This document shows positions 8,732 through 19,008 of a stretch of DNA of 64,000 bases, piece by piece. The stretch lies in the NCBI GenBank assembly GCA_045863395.1, contig BTVJ01000001.1:1-64000 (forward strand), read 5' to 3'. How positions within the stretch are numbered: the stretch's first letter is position 1; each line of letters starts with the position of its first letter. Source of the DNA: Myxococcales bacterium (GTDB lineage Bacteria; Myxococcota_A; UBA9042; JABWCM01; BTVJ01). Made by a program: the position numbers and the translations under genes. The notes under the pieces were generated by a model. That model ran no database searches. It was given only the letters and a program-made list of their open reading frames with translations, and was not told where the DNA came from.

Positions 8732-10270
8732 TCAGAACACGGTCCGCAGGCTGAAGGACAGGTTGTGGGCGAAGCCGACGCGGTCGAGCCCGAAGCCGTA
8801 GTAGAGGTCCAGGGCGAAGAGGTCCCAGAAGAGGGCGTGGACGCCAGGCCCCCCGCCGAACGCGCCCGTCGCCCGCACGCCGCCCCCGGTGCGGTCGCCG
8901 AACACGGCGCCGTCGAGGAAGACGCCGAGGCTGAGGGAGTCTCCCCAGACACCGAAGCGCGCCGCCACCTCCGCCTGGAGGGTCTCTCGCAGCCACCACC
9001 GGTTCGCGAAGAACACGCGCATGGTCTCTCCCGCCAGAGGCACCTCGTCGAAGAAGCGCAGGTCGCCCGCCATGGTGACGGCCCGCTGCCGGAAGATGAT
9101 CGCGTGCTGCCCCAGCTTCACCACCTCGCGGGCGTCGAGGGCCGCCGTGACCAGGGGCCGGGCCTCCGCGGACAGCGCGCCCTCCACCGTCAGGCGCACG
9201 AGCCCCTGATAGTCCCGACGCAGCTCCCTCGGGGTCCACCCGAGGTCCCCCGCGAGCCGGAGCACGCCCCGCACGGTGTCCTCGTCCAGCGACTCGAGGG
9301 ATGCCTCGTCGTAGAGCCGCACCAAGTGGGCGCCGGCGCCGAGGCTCACCGAGAGGGCGCTGGTGACGCGAAGCACCAGGCCGCCGATGGCTCCGCCGCG
9401 CAGCATCAGGGAGCCCTCGATGCCCCTGTCGGAGCGCCCGAACTGGGACAGCTCCACCGAGACAGCGGCGAAGGGCGCGAGCACCCCGTCAGTGATCGAT
9501 GGCAGGCGCCACTCCAAGCCCAGCCACCCGTGTACCCACTGCGCCTTGGGCTCGGCGTCGAACACATAGCGGCGGTAGGGCACCCCGACCTCGAGCGCCG
9601 CGTGCAGGCTGTCGTCTTCGAAGGCCAGGGATCGCACCGAGACGCTCGCCGTGGGAAGGAGCCCCCACGTGGAGTCGAGGGCCACGGAGGCACCCCACCC
9701 GAAGGACTCCTCCTGCTCGATGCGGATCCGCAGGACCTGCTGCACGACCTGCTGGCCGGTGGGCATGGACACGAGGTCGTCGCTCTCGACCACCTGCCAC
9801 TCGATGTGCTGGAAGCCGTACTTCTCGCGAAGCTCCGCGACCGCCAGGTCCAGGGTCGGCCCGTGGACGGTGTCGAACGGGAGGCTCAGGTCTACGCGCA
9901 TAAGCACCGACTGGATGTCGCTCGCGCCGTCGAACACCACGCGGCTGACGACGCCCTCGTCGACGTGCAGCCACACCACCCCGTCGGGCTGCACGGTCCA
10001 GAAGGCGCGGGCGAAGGCATAGCCGCGCTTGTGGTAGGTCCGCACGATGCGCTGGGCGGCCCCGTAGGCCCAGTCCTCGCGGCGCCCCGGGTTGGGTGGG
10101 GGGCTCCCCGCGAGCCCTCGCACCTTGGCCTCGGTGAGCGCGCGGACGCCGGTCAGCACGAGGGCGCCACGCGGGGTCGCGCCCGGCTGAGCGGTGGCCG
10201 CGCAGGGCAGCACCAGGACGGCCGCGACGAGGAGGGCCCGCGCCGTGGGGATCTTCTTCGCGATGAGCAC
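8732..10270 (-). CDS. POTRA + beta-barrel outer-membrane protein (BamA/TamA-like)
   Basis: YHKRGYAFARA..VWLHVDEGVVSRV and a second POTRA-like unit, amphipathic strands, terminal Phe; start uncertain (10270 or up to 10420). Confidence 0.7.
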   Translation of the reverse strand: MLIAKKIPTARALLVAAVLVLPCAATAQPGATPRGALVLTGVRALTEAKVRGLAGSPPPNPGRREDWAYGAAQRIVRTYHKRGYAFARAFWTVQPDGVVWLHVDEGVVSRVVFDGASDIQSVLMRVDLSLPFDTVHGPTLDLAVAELREKYGFQHIEWQVVESDDLVSMPTGQQVVQQVLRIRIEQEESFGWGASVALDSTWGLLPTASVSVRSLAFEDDSLHAALEVGVPYRRYVFDAEPKAQWVHGWLGLEWRLPSITDGVLAPFAAVSVELSQFGRSDRGIEGSLMLRGGAIGGLVLRVTSALSVSLGAGAHLVRLYDEASLESLDEDTVRGVLRLAGDLGWTPRELRRDYQGLVRLTVEGALSAEARPLVTAALDAREVVKLGQHAIIFRQRAVTMAGDLRFFDEVPLAGETMRVFFANRWWLRETLQAEVAARFGVWGDSLSLGVFLDGAVFGDRTGGGVRATGAFGGGPGVHALFWDLFALDLYYGFGLDRVGFAHNLSFSLRTVF

Positions 10271-10406
10271 GGTCTGCCTCGACCAGGAGCGGGACCCGAC
10301 CCGCGCAGGTGGACCGCCCCTGCGCGCGCTGCGATCACCATGGGCCGTCTCCCGCGCACCGCAAGCCGCTCGACGGGTCGGGAGCCCTGCCACGAGCGGC
10401 AACCGG

Positions 10407-11711
10407 TCAGAAGTGGACACGGGTCCACAGGCTCAGGGTCGCGGCGGGTACGAGGCCGCTCAGGTCGACGCGGGCCGCTCCGAGCGAGATCAGCAGGACA
10501 TCGTCGGACGGGCTCAGCTCGCCTCCGTCTCCCCAGAGCTGGAAGGGCACCTGCGCCGCCAGCGCGACCTCCAGCCAGCCCGTCGGCAGCGCGGTGACCG
10601 TGGGGACAACCAGCCCCGTCCCGTCGCCCAGGTTCTGGAGCCAGAGCGCGGAGACCGACAGCTCGGGGATCGCTGCGAGCATCATCGAGAGCAGGGCGTA
10701 GTCCGTGCCTCGGAGGGCCGGCGCGAACGGGTCCGGCTCGGGGGCGCTCACCCCGAGGGCGGGGCAGTCCAGCGAGGAGCCGCCCGCCAGCGCGCCGGTG
10801 GGCTTCACGTCAGCGCTGCCACCACCGTTCCGGTAGTACTGGAGCGCCACGACCAGGGAGTCCAGCACCGGGAAGGAGGTGTCCAGGCCGATGGCGAGCT
10901 CCTCGTGGACGCGCAGGTCCTCGTCGATGAAGAGCGCGCCCTCCAGCCAGTAGCCGACCTCCAGGGTGCCGCGGATGTCCAGGCCGACCATGCCGTCTCC
11001 CGCCTCCTGGCGCCAGGCGCCGAGCAGCGCGAGGTCCACGGACTCGAGGCCCAGGCGCGCCTTGGCGGCGATGCGCGCGGCGGTGAAGTCGTCGTTGGCG
11101 CCCACCACCAGGGCGACGTCGTGGGACTCGCCGATGGGGAAGGTGGCGCGCAGCGCGTTGACCCCCGCGCGGAAGCGCCACGGCTCCGTGAGGAGCACCT
11201 CGGGGAACGGGTCCGTCGGGTTGACCAGCAGCGCAGAGCCCCACTGGACCGCCTGGCGCCCGAGGCGCAGGTCCACCCACGGCAGGTAGAGATCCAGGTA
11301 CAGGCGCTCCACGCGGAGGTAGTCGCCCGCGGAGGAGACGCCGAGCACCTCGTTGTCGGGCTCGGGGAACGTGCAGGCGTCGAGGAGGGGGCCGACGGGG
11401 GAGGCGCGCAGGGTGCGCTCCAGCTCTTCGTGGAGGCGACGCCCCTGCGTCAGGGCGCCCTCCACGAGCACGGCGATGTGCAGGCGCTCGACGATCTCTG
11501 CCTCGAGCTCCGGGCGCACCCGCTCGACCAGCGACCACCAGGTGCCGTCGACGCCGATGTCGGCCTGGAACCGGACCTCGGCGAAGCCCCGCGCAGCTTG
11601 GGCCTGCGCGGGCAGCGGGAGGGCTCCGAGGGCGGCGAGCAGCGAGGGCCCGAGGCCGCGGAGGGCGCGGCGAGCGAGGGCCGGGAGGACGCGGGACCGC
11701 CCCATGGTCAT
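10407..11711 (-). CDS. Putative outer-membrane beta-barrel protein
   Basis: Signal peptide; ERLYLDL..DLRLGRQAVQWG..NPTDPF motif typical of barrels encoded with LolA-like/ABC operons; terminal Phe. Confidence 0.7.
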   Translation of the reverse strand: MTMGRSRVLPALARRALRGLGPSLLAALGALPLPAQAQAARGFAEVRFQADIGVDGTWWSLVERVRPELEAEIVERLHIAVLVEGALTQGRRLHEELERTLRASPVGPLLDACTFPEPDNEVLGVSSAGDYLRVERLYLDLYLPWVDLRLGRQAVQWGSALLVNPTDPFPEVLLTEPWRFRAGVNALRATFPIGESHDVALVVGANDDFTAARIAAKARLGLESVDLALLGAWRQEAGDGMVGLDIRGTLEVGYWLEGALFIDEDLRVHEELAIGLDTSFPVLDSLVVALQYYRNGGGSADVKPTGALAGGSSLDCPALGVSAPEPDPFAPALRGTDYALLSMMLAAIPELSVSALWLQNLGDGTGLVVPTVTALPTGWLEVALAAQVPFQLWGDGGELSPSDDVLLISLGAARVDLSGLVPAATLSLWTRVHF

Positions 11712-11890
11712 CGTCCGTGGTGGGGGCACTCGGCGCGGATCCGGGCTGTCCGGTGCCGCGCCCCAGCGCCGCTCGACCATACCACGAAGGACGCGGAGCA
11801 GCGACGCAGGAGCGACGCCCGGGCACCCGCCGACCGCGCGGCACCAAGCGGCCGGTGGCGTGACATCAATCAGCTTCAGTGATTCAAAAC

Positions 11891-11904
11891 GATGAAAACT
11901 CATC
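11891..11904. promoter_or_regulatory. Palindrome GATGA-N4-TCATC in AT-rich divergent promoter region
   Basis: Directly visible inverted repeat between divergent genes; operator role is inference. Confidence 0.3.
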
Positions 11905-11988
11905 ATTGGACGTCATGAGCGGGTGCCCCTACCGTGGGGATGCGCGATCACGACTGGGGTCGCGCGCCACTCACTCCCGGAGGCCCCG

Positions 11989-13305
11989 ATGAACCGCGTC
12001 CTGCTCCTGCTCCTGCTCGCTTCGCCGGCCCTCGCCAAGGGACCGGGGCTCGACTCCGCCGTGCACCGCCTCGACGTCCCGTGGACCACGTGGCGCGCGG
12101 GGGAGGAGATCGAGGTGCGCGCGACCCTCGACCTGGAGGGCGCCTGCGAGCGCTGGCTCGACGCGATGAACCCCGGGTGGACCACGGGGATGGACGACTG
12201 CCTGGACGCCCTCGCGTGGCAGGTGGACGGCGGGGGCGGCTTCTCGGCGTACCTGGTCCCCGCCGAGGGTGCAGCGGGGTACGGGACCTACCTCGTCGGG
12301 AGCTTCACGCCGTGGTGGGGAGCGGGCGGGCAGCCGGTGTACCGGGCCACCTTCGCGCTGCCGGACCACTGGCCCGCCGGCGCCTGGAGCGTGTCGCCGA
12401 GCTTCGGCCCCCTGGGGGACGAAGCGGACCCTGAGCTCGCGGCGTCGCCCCTCCTGAACGGCGGCCTCACGATCCTCGGATCGGGCTGGGAGGACGCGGA
12501 GCAGCCCCGCATCGTGGCGCTCCAGGCGCGGGAGCAAGCCGGCCCCGACGGGCTGGTCGGGCTGCGGGTGTGGGTGGAGGACGACGCGAGCCCGGCCGTG
12601 ATCGCCCGGGCCGCGCTGCGCCAGGCCGGGGTCTTCGGGGAGATCCCGGGCCTGGACCACGCGACGGTGGCGTTCGCGTGCCACCCGTGCCCGTCGGCGA
12701 CCGGAGTGCTCACCCTGTGCGAGGCGGATCGCCCGGCGCGGGTCGGCGGCACCTGGGAGGCGCCCACGCCTGGCCTTTGGGAGCTCCAGTGGGTGGAGGC
12801 CCGGGACGCGGCGGGGCGCTGGAACCTCGCCGCCGCCACCGTGAAGGGGGTGACCGTCGAGGTGTCCGGCGCACCCTCCGACGGGTGGGGGCCGGTGGTC
12901 ACCCTCGCGGGGGAGCCGACCGAGGCGCCGGGCGGGTGCATCGTTGGGGGCCAGGACCCACCTCTCGGGGGTAACCCCGTGCCGGTCGAAGGCGTGGGGG
13001 CTGCCGGGCTCGGAGGGGCGCCAGAAGCCCGCGGGCAGCGGTCCGAAGCGGATCGCGCCGCGGACGACCCACCTCAGCGCGGAGCCGGCGGACGCGGGCG
13101 CCCGAGCACGAGCGGCGAGACGCGAGCGGCCATCGGTACCGCGGACGGCCCGATGAGCCAGGCACCGGGCGGTGACGAGGGCAACGGGCAGAGCGAAGCA
13201 GGGTCCCCGGCAGGCTGCGCCACGGCCGAGCAGGGCTCGCCGAGCCTCCTGACGGGCCTCGCGGCCCTCGCCGGCGTCCTCGCGCTGCGGCGTCAGGCGG
13301 CGTAG
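11989..13305 (+). CDS. Secreted protein with MYXO-CTERM-like sorting tail
   Basis: Signal peptide MNRVLLLLLLASPALA; C-terminus GC..SLLTGLAALAGVLALRRQAA. Confidence 0.7.
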   Translation: MNRVLLLLLLASPALAKGPGLDSAVHRLDVPWTTWRAGEEIEVRATLDLEGACERWLDAMNPGWTTGMDDCLDALAWQVDGGGGFSAYLVPAEGAAGYGTYLVGSFTPWWGAGGQPVYRATFALPDHWPAGAWSVSPSFGPLGDEADPELAASPLLNGGLTILGSGWEDAEQPRIVALQAREQAGPDGLVGLRVWVEDDASPAVIARAALRQAGVFGEIPGLDHATVAFACHPCPSATGVLTLCEADRPARVGGTWEAPTPGLWELQWVEARDAAGRWNLAAATVKGVTVEVSGAPSDGWGPVVTLAGEPTEAPGGCIVGGQDPPLGGNPVPVEGVGAAGLGGAPEARGQRSEADRAADDPPQRGAGGRGRPSTSGETRAAIGTADGPMSQAPGGDEGNGQSEAGSPAGCATAEQGSPSLLTGLAALAGVLALRRQAA

Positions 13306-13326
13306 AGGCGCTGCGCGGTCGCGTGG

Positions 13327-13881
13327 CTACTCGTCGGGGAGCCCCTCGTAGAGATCGTGGAGAGAGATCGTGACTCCCAGGGTGCTCAGGACGAGGTCCC
13401 CATCACGCAGGGGCTCGAAGGTCCAGCCCTCGTCAGCACGCCGGAACACGTCCACGGCGATCCGGTCGGGATCCACGAGCACGTACTCCCGCAGGGACTC
13501 CAGGGTGCGGTAGCTGTCGAACTTCTGGGCGCGGTCATACGTCGCGGTCGACTCGCTCAGCACCTCAACGACTACGGACGGGTGCCGAATCCACCGGGGG
13601 TGGGTGTCCCGCTCGTCGCAGGTCACGACCACGTCCGGGTAGAAGGCGTCGTCGGTGGGCGTTCGGACCATGACGTCGTTGACGTACACGGTGCAGCGCC
13701 CGCCCCGCAGCGCCGCCCTCACGCGGACGGCCAGGTTGAGCACGACGGTCGCGTGCCGCCGCGTCGCTCCCGTCATCGCGAACACCTCGCCGTCGACGAG
13801 CTCGTGGCGCACGTCCGAGCGGTCGGCCAAGGTCAGGTACTCGTCGAAGCTCACCCGCTGGACTCTCGCTGCCTGTCCCAT
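13327..13881 (-). CDS. Uma2 family endonuclease (DUF820)
   Basis: RHELVDGEVFAMTG, YPDVVVTC, VVEVLSESTATYDRAQKF..Y, LREYVLVD. Confidence 0.9.
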   Translation of the reverse strand: MGQAARVQRVSFDEYLTLADRSDVRHELVDGEVFAMTGATRRHATVVLNLAVRVRAALRGGRCTVYVNDVMVRTPTDDAFYPDVVVTCDERDTHPRWIRHPSVVVEVLSESTATYDRAQKFDSYRTLESLREYVLVDPDRIAVDVFRRADEGWTFEPLRDGDLVLSTLGVTISLHDLYEGLPDE

Positions 13882-14035
13882 GACGCACCTCCTGAATCGG
13901 AAGATAGCCCGTCTGCGGCCCGGTCGTCGAGCGACCGGCGACGCCTCCCGCCCCCCGGGGTCGGCAGGGACGCGGCCGGCCGCCGCAGCCCTGGCAGGGT
14001 GCATCGCCCACCGTGACCACGGCCGGCCACGCGGG

Positions 14036-15253
14036 TCAGGCGGCGTAGAGGCGCAGCTCGGTCCCGATGCGGTCTGCCAGGCGGACGGTCTCGTCCAGGT
14101 CGGGGTGGCGGATCATGAGGAAGCCGTCGGAGACCAGGGTCTGGAGCCAGTCGCGCCGGGGCATCCCGAGGGAGAGCAGGTTCTCCCACACCAGGGCGTG
14201 GCCGAGATCGCGGCGGAGCTGCTCCAGCCCGTCGATGCGGGCGATGCGCCCGTGCCCCTGGGCGCGCTTGAACACGGTGGCGACGTTGTAGCGGCGCTCG
14301 AAGCCCCCGCCCATGCGCCCGTAGCAGACGATGTGGGCCCACTCGCGGAAGCTGTCGAAGTCGCAGGAGTAGTTCATCTGGTCCACCTGGCGGGCGCCGG
14401 GTGGGCGGGCGCCAATCTCGCCGAAGACCACCTCCCCGTCTGCCTTGCGGTACCACTCCATGTGCGTGAAGCCGCTGTCGAAGCCGAGGGCGTCGATGAC
14501 CTCGTGGCCCATGACCACGCCGCGCCGCAGGTCGGGGGCGTCAGGGTCCTGGAGCGCGATGACCTGGGGGCTCACCCACTCGTTGGTGCGCGCGATGAGC
14601 GGGCGCGGCCGGTACCAGGCCACGTTGTAGTAGAGCACCTTTCCCTCGCAGGTCAGCGTGTCGAAGGTGTACTCCTCGCCGTCGACGAACTCCTCGACGC
14701 TGACCTCGGCCACATGGTGGAGGCGCCGCAGGGCGGCCTCCAGGGCGGAAGGATCGTCGCAGCGGTGGGTGTCCGCGGAGCCCGCCCCCGCAATGGGCTT
14801 CAGGATCACGGGGTAGCCGATGCGCTCCGCCGCCTCGCGGCAGCCCGTCGCGGTGGTGGCGCGGTGGTGGCGGGGGGTGCGGATGCCCGCCTCGTCGAGC
14901 GCCACCTTCATGCGCCCCTTGTCGCGAAACGTCATCGCCTGGTTGACGCCCATGCCGGGGATGCCGAAGGCCTCGCGCAGCCGCGCGGCGAGCACCACCC
15001 AGAACTCGCCCAGCGCCTCGACCCGGTCCAGATTCCGGCCGCGCATGGCGGCGTGGACCCGCCGGATGACGTCTCCCTCGTCGGCGAGGGTCGGCACGTG
15101 TACGTAGCCGCTCAGGTGGCGCCGCGCCACGTCGGGGAGCGCCCCCACCGGCTGGTCGCCCACGCCCCACACCCGGGCGCCGACCTCGGCCAGCCCGCGC
15201 ACGAACTCCGGCATCTCGCTGGGGTAGCCCGGAGACAGGAACAGCACGTCCAT
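14036..15253 (-). CDS. ATP-grasp domain protein
   Basis: FRDKGRMK, GYPVILKPIAGAGS, VEEFVDGEE, HMEW, GEIGARPPG. Confidence 0.85.
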   Translation of the reverse strand: MDVLFLSPGYPSEMPEFVRGLAEVGARVWGVGDQPVGALPDVARRHLSGYVHVPTLADEGDVIRRVHAAMRGRNLDRVEALGEFWVVLAARLREAFGIPGMGVNQAMTFRDKGRMKVALDEAGIRTPRHHRATTATGCREAAERIGYPVILKPIAGAGSADTHRCDDPSALEAALRRLHHVAEVSVEEFVDGEEYTFDTLTCEGKVLYYNVAWYRPRPLIARTNEWVSPQVIALQDPDAPDLRRGVVMGHEVIDALGFDSGFTHMEWYRKADGEVVFGEIGARPPGARQVDQMNYSCDFDSFREWAHIVCYGRMGGGFERRYNVATVFKRAQGHGRIARIDGLEQLRRDLGHALVWENLLSLGMPRRDWLQTLVSDGFLMIRHPDLDETVRLADRIGTELRLYAA

Positions 15254-15364
15254 CGCTCGCCTCGCCCGCTGGAGAGAGGGCGCCACCATAGCGCGAGGCC
15301 GACGAGGCGTCGAGGGGGGACGGTGGGTGCGCTGACACCGTGCCGGGGGGGCGCTGACGAGCTC

Positions 15365-17161
15365 CTACTGGCCGCCCGAGTCGACCGCCTCCAGCAGGCG
15401 CCGCACCTCGGCGACGCGAGAGCCGCGCGGGAAGCGGGCGGCGTGGTCGGCCGCCAGCGCCCGCACGGCGTCGGCGCGCCCCTGGGCGAGGCGCACGCGC
15501 ATGAGGCCCACCAGCGCCACCTCCGCCCGAGGCGGGCGCAGATCGTCCACCGTGGCTCCAAACAGCGCCTCGGCCTCGCCCCAGCGGCCGGCGTCGAGGA
15601 GCAGGCGCCCGAGGGCCACCAGCGCCCGGTTCGCCTCGGGGGCATCGGGGTGCTGCTCCAGCAGCGCCCGCAGGTGACCCTCCGCGCTGGCGGGGTCGAG
15701 GCGCGCCAGCTCCCACCGCGCGTGCGCCGCGAGCCGCCCCGTCGGCTGGGAGCCCAGGTAGCCCTCCCACGCGCGAGCGGCCTCGCCTGGCAGGTCCAGC
15801 TCCCGCTCCAGGAGGCTCGCCAGGTCCGCGAGCGCCCCCGGGGGCGGAGCCGGGGAGGCGAGGGCCGCCGCGTAGGCGCGCCGAGCCTCCTCGTGGCTCC
15901 CGCGCACCCGCAAGGCGTCGCCCAGCAGCGCCAGGAGCCGCCCCTGGTGGGGCCCCCGGGTCCGGGACGCCCCCTCCAGGAGCGCCACCGCCTCGGCGTC
16001 GCGCCCTCGGGCGAGGAGCGCGCGGGCGCTGGCGAGGACGCCTTCTGGAGCCTCCCCGGGATCGGGGGCCTCGGGCTCGTCGGGGGCTCCCTCTGCCTGG
16101 GCTCGCTCGGGGGGGCGCGCCACCGCTCGCGCGGCGCCCGCCGAGGGGCTCCGCTCCGGCCCCGGCGCCTCCGCCCGTGGCGCGGTGAGCGCCGAGGGAC
16201 CGCGCTCCGGCCCCGGCGCCTCCGCTCGCGGCGCGGCGTCCAGAGAGGGGCCGCGCTCGGGTCGCGACGCTGCGACGTCGGCTGATCGTGGGACCGCGGG
16301 CACGTGGACACGCCTGGCCGCGACGGACACCTCCGCCTCCGCCCCCCTGGGCGCGGCAGCCTCCCGGCTGGTCTCCGCCGGCACCAGCCGCGACTCCCCC
16401 GCTCGCAGGACGGCGACCAGGCGCCCGACCGGCGTCTCCACGCGGACCACGCCCTCGTGCGTGTCGACGCGGGTCCCCCGGGCGTCCCGCGACACCGTGA
16501 AGCGGGTGCCCACCACCCGCACCACCGCCTCCGCCGTGTGGACCTCGAAGGGATGGCCGGGGGCGCGGGGGGCCACCTCGGACGTGAGGGACCCCGCGGC
16601 CAGGACGAGCACCGCCCGGTCGGGCTGCCACGCCTCGACGCGCAGCTCGCCGTGCGGGGCCAGCACGAGCCGCGCCGTCCCGCGCTCGCCGACCTCCATC
16701 GCGGAGCCCCCGGTGTCGAGGGCTGCACCCGCGACAATCGCCGGCGGCACGTCGTCGGGTCGCTCGCCGGCGCCCCCCTCGACGGTGGCCTCGGACCTGG
16801 CCTCGGACGTGGCCGCGGACGGGCCGGCCGTGACCGTCGACGGGATTGCGGGCCCCGTCCCGGACGGCCCCCACGGACTCCACACGAGCACGGCCGCTGC
16901 GGCTGCGCTGGCCGCCAGGGCCCACGGGATCCAGGGCAGCCGCCACCACGGAGGAGCCACCGGGGGGCGGGGCCGTGGGAGGGGCGGCAGGCTGGGGGCG
17001 GGCGCGTCGCGCAGCGCAGCCACGGCGAGCGCGTACCGGGCTGCGACCCTCTGGCAGTCGGGGCACCCTTCACCGCCAGCGCCGAGGTGCTGCCCGACCC
17101 ACGGCGGCGTGTCCGCCTCGCTCCGCGCCAGCCACTCCCGCACCTGCCCACACCTGCTCAT
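15365..17161 (-). CDS. FecR-domain / TPR anti-sigma factor
   Basis: N-terminal H..CPDC zinc anti-sigma motif, TM helix, FEVHTAEAVVRVVGTRFTV FecR motif, Pro/Ala linker, TPR-like C-terminus. Confidence 0.8.
   Translation of the reverse strand: MSRCGQVREWLARSEADTPPWVGQHLGAGGEGCPDCQRVAARYALAVAALRDAPAPSLPPLPRPRPPVAPPWWRLPWIPWALAASAAAAAVLVWSPWGPSGTGPAIPSTVTAGPSAATSEARSEATVEGGAGERPDDVPPAIVAGAALDTGGSAMEVGERGTARLVLAPHGELRVEAWQPDRAVLVLAAGSLTSEVAPRAPGHPFEVHTAEAVVRVVGTRFTVSRDARGTRVDTHEGVVRVETPVGRLVAVLRAGESRLVPAETSREAAAPRGAEAEVSVAARRVHVPAVPRSADVAASRPERGPSLDAAPRAEAPGPERGPSALTAPRAEAPGPERSPSAGAARAVARPPERAQAEGAPDEPEAPDPGEAPEGVLASARALLARGRDAEAVALLEGASRTRGPHQGRLLALLGDALRVRGSHEEARRAYAAALASPAPPPGALADLASLLERELDLPGEAARAWEGYLGSQPTGRLAAHARWELARLDPASAEGHLRALLEQHPDAPEANRALVALGRLLLDAGRWGEAEALFGATVDDLRPPRAEVALVGLMRVRLAQGRADAVRALAADHAARFPRGSRVAEVRRLLEAVDSGGQ
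16140..16262. repeat. 51-bp coding tandem repeat (APRAEAPGPERxPSxxx) in the anti-sigma linker
   Basis: cgctccggccccggcgcctccgc occurs twice 51 nt apart, plus a partial third unit. Confidence 0.75.
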
Positions 17162-17757
17162 GGCACACTCCTCGCTGGACGGGCCCCGAGACCCGCGGGC
17201 TGCTCCGCCCTCCCGTCACCTGCCAGCGCATCCAGGATCTGCCGCCTGGCCGCGAACAGGCGTGACCGCACCGTCCCCTCCCGGGTCCGCAGCGCCTGGG
17301 CGACCTCAGCCGTCGAGAGCCCTTCGATCTCCCGCATGATCCACACGGCCCGCAGGTCCGGCGCCAGCGCCTCCAGCGCCCCCGCGACGACCCGCAGGTG
17401 CGCCCGGGCCTCGACCCGCCCGTGGGCGTCGGGCGCGCCCTCCGGCCCCACCTGGGCGTCGGCGGCCAGGGCGTCGATGCGGCGGCGGCGACGCTTCGCC
17501 CCCCGCAGGTGGTGCAGGGCCACCCGCGTCGCGATGCCGAAGAGCCAGGTCGAGAGGGTCGCATCGCCGCGGAAGCGCCCGAGCGTCGCGAAGAGCTCGA
17601 CGAACACCTGCTGGATCAGGTCGTCGAGGTCCGCCCCAGGCTCCAGCATGTGGCGCAGGAACCGGGCCACGGCGGGGCCGCGCGAGGCGTAGAGCTCCGC
17701 CCAGGCGACCTGGTCGCCGTGGCGGCACCGTTCGATGAGCTCCCGCTCCTCCATCAC
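17158..17757 (-). CDS. ECF RNA polymerase sigma factor
   Basis: DDLIQQVFV..F.GDATLSTWLFGIA (region 2); EGLSTAEVA..GTVRSRLFAAR (region 4). Confidence 0.92.
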   Translation of the reverse strand: MMEERELIERCRHGDQVAWAELYASRGPAVARFLRHMLEPGADLDDLIQQVFVELFATLGRFRGDATLSTWLFGIATRVALHHLRGAKRRRRRIDALAADAQVGPEGAPDAHGRVEARAHLRVVAGALEALAPDLRAVWIMREIEGLSTAEVAQALRTREGTVRSRLFAARRQILDALAGDGRAEQPAGLGARPARSVP

Positions 17758-17819
17758 ACCTCACGGCCCCGGGCGCAAGGGACCCGCCGTGTGTGCCCGC
17801 ATCGCACACCGGCGTTCGC

Positions 17820-18722
17820 TCAGAACGCCGCGCCGACCCGCGCGCCGAGCCCGAGCGCTCCGTCCGGCGCCGCCCAGACCGTGCGGCCGAGCCACCGGTA
17901 GCTCTCGCCGCCCAGATAGACGCGCCCGCTGGCGAGGAGGCCGAGCCGCACCGGACCGACGGGCACCGTCAGCTCCAGCTCGGCCGCCAGCACGCCCGCC
18001 GTCGACGTGCTGCTCGCCTCCCCGCGGCGCGCGCGGCTGCTCGCGTCCAGGGTGCGCCACTGGGCGCCGCCCGCGAGCCCCCCGCGCAGGAGGAGCGGGC
18101 CGGCGCGGGCGCCACCGCGGACGAGCGCGAGCACCTCGCCGGACGTCACGGTGGTCACCACGTCGTCGCCGGACGTGGCGGGCCACTCCCACGCGCCCTC
18201 GACGCCGACGAGCAGCCGCTCGCCGAGCAGCGCAGCGGCGACCAGGGCCTCCACCGCCCCGACGTGTCCGCCTGGCCCCAGGGTGGCGCGCCAGCCCGGG
18301 CCACCCTCCACGACCAGGAGCACCACCGGAGCCGCGGCTGGCGGAGTGCGAGGCAGCGCGAGCGGCGCGCCCGGATCGAGCAGCGGCGCCGCGTTCGGTG
18401 CCTGCGCCAGCTCCACCAGCGCCCGAGCGATCTCCTGCGCGCGGTCGAGGGGAGCCACGTCAGCGAGGTCGAGCACGCGGAGTCCAGCCCCGTCCCGCAC
18501 GGAGACGCCGGCGCCCACCACGACCGCCAGGTGACCGGGAGGGCACGGGTCCGCCTCGGTCAGCTCCACCTCGATCCCCGCCTTGCGAGCCTCCAGGGCC
18601 AGGGCGTCCCGCAACGACGCGAGGTCCACGTCCGTCGGGCCCCCGCTCCGCGTGACACACACCTCCAGCCCCTTGGCCGGCGAGGCCGAGAGCAGAACCA
18701 GGCTGACCACGAGGCGAAGCAC
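17820..18722 (-). CDS. Exported/outer-membrane protein, first gene of the ECF-FecR operon
   Basis: Signal peptide after GTG 18722 with GAGGAGG upstream; beta-strand-rich C-terminus ending in Phe. Confidence 0.6.
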   Translation of the reverse strand: MLRLVVSLVLLSASPAKGLEVCVTRSGGPTDVDLASLRDALALEARKAGIEVELTEADPCPPGHLAVVVGAGVSVRDGAGLRVLDLADVAPLDRAQEIARALVELAQAPNAAPLLDPGAPLALPRTPPAAAPVVLLVVEGGPGWRATLGPGGHVGAVEALVAAALLGERLLVGVEGAWEWPATSGDDVVTTVTSGEVLALVRGGARAGPLLLRGGLAGGAQWRTLDASSRARRGEASSTSTAGVLAAELELTVPVGPVRLGLLASGRVYLGGESYRWLGRTVWAAPDGALGLGARVGAAF

Positions 18723-19008
18723 CGGCACCTCCTCGGGGGCCAGTGTGGCGACGCGGCGGACGGGGGGCAAGCCCGCGCCACGGGCAGCCCTCGACCGGGC
18801 ATCCGCGGGGGCGGCAGGACACGCGCATCGCCGGACCTGGGCTCCGCGAGGCACTGGGCTCCCAGCCGCGCCTGGTTCTCCGCACCGTTACGGCGTAGGC
18901 TGGGGTGCCGTGTTCGCGACGGCGAACGGAGCACGGTGAGCCGGGCACCAACGGTCATCGACGCGGCCAGGGCCGCACGTCGCGCTGACCCACCCACGGA
19001 GGACGGAC

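Noticed and set aside
13655..16285. 876-aa plus-strand ORF; similar long ORFs at 34119-36845, 36939-39365 and 46305-48731
   Set aside because: Antisense to well-supported genes; stop-poor frames are expected at this GC content.
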